Source: an uncultured Candidatus Saccharibacteria bacterium (GTDB lineage: Bacteria > Patescibacteriota > Minisyncoccia > UBA6257 > UBA9933). From it: a DNA stretch of 64,000 nucleotides. The stretch covers positions 968 to 64,967 of the forward strand of contig CAYRXZ010000002.1 of the NCBI GenBank assembly GCA_964428615.1. Reading direction: 5' to 3'. Positions 63,753 through 64,000 of the stretch are shown piece after piece. The notes beneath the pieces are model-generated. The model made no database searches, was not told where the DNA came from, and saw only the letters and a program-made list of their open reading frames with translations. Position numbers and translations under genes: made by a program. Position 1 is the stretch's first letter, and the number at the start of each line of letters is the position of its first letter.

Positions 63753-64000
63753 ATGAGCGATACACACAAAAGGGATGATAACTTTTTGGCAATAAGTATT
63801 TTGGTTGCCGCCATTTTAATTTCGGGGTCTGTTATTTATTCATTTGGAATAAAAAATCAAAATCCCCAAACAGCGGATTTAGAAGAAGCGGCTAAAGAAG
63901 CTATCGGCGCTTTGGACAAGCCTCAAATAGACGACAATGTTATTTTAGGAGATGCAAATGCTTCTCTCACAGTTTTTATTTTCAGTGATTATCAATGTCC
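63753..64000 (+). CDS. DsbA-like thiol:disulfide oxidoreductase (partial, runs off the window end)
   Basis: N-terminal TM, then ..LTVFIFSDYQCP at the window end (start of the CPxC thioredoxin motif). Confidence 0.55.
   Translation, partial: MSDTHKRDDNFLAISILVAAILISGSVIYSFGIKNQNPQTADLEEAAKEAIGALDKPQIDDNVILGDANASLTVFIFSDYQC

Overview
This window is a low-GC (roughly 30-35% by eye), gene-dense bacterial chromosome segment made up almost entirely of core housekeeping genes. The gene set is typical of a Candidate Phyla Radiation / Patescibacteria-type genome (inference from gene repertoire and compactness). Evidence for this is a lamin-tail-domain protein, a PilB/GspE ATPase, ComEC lacking its metallo-beta-lactamase domain, many small membrane proteins, rpoB-rpoC without upstream rplL, and weak Shine-Dalgarno usage.

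The window contains the replication-origin neighbourhood: rpmH-rnpA-yidC-jag on one side and a divergent dnaA-dnaN on the other, with AT-rich regions bearing DnaA-box-like motifs on both sides of dnaA. Other recognisable blocks are:
- ruvB, yebC-ruvC and class A PBP;
- lysS-tsaD-ftsW/rodA-mltG-rpoB-rpoC-rpsF-ssb-rpsR-recA;
- a membrane-anchored Clp-like AAA+ protein and PolX;
- rplT-rpmI-infC with an adjacent smpB-tmRNA pair;
- argS, corrinoid adenosyltransferase, comEC, folD-glyA, gyrA, secG, RNase J, trpS, glyQS and recO.

Genes the ORF track missed are rpmH, rpmI, tmRNA and three tRNAs (Glu-TTC, Leu-TAG, Leu-CAG).

The most unusual content:
1. A tandem array of five diversified paralogues of small secreted two-helix TrbC/VirB2-like (type IV secretion pilin-like) proteins, placed behind an orphan membrane-anchored solute-binding protein. 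No other type IV secretion gene is in the window.
2. Immediately downstream, a ~1.6 kb markedly GC-rich (about 45-55%) island encoding an SPFH/band-7 protein and a small membrane-anchored partner. It is followed by a free-standing single-motif LAGLIDADG homing-endonuclease gene overlapping tRNA-Leu and abutting a tyrosine recombinase.
3. A membrane-anchored Mrr-type restriction-endonuclease-domain gene inserted between tRNA-Glu and lysS, bracketed by near-identical 43-bp direct repeats.
4. A second GC-rich single-gene island, a lipoprotein with a near-consensus promoter and Shine-Dalgarno site.

Coordinates of features I derived myself from manual reading (small ORFs, RNAs, hairpins) may be off by 1-2 nt.
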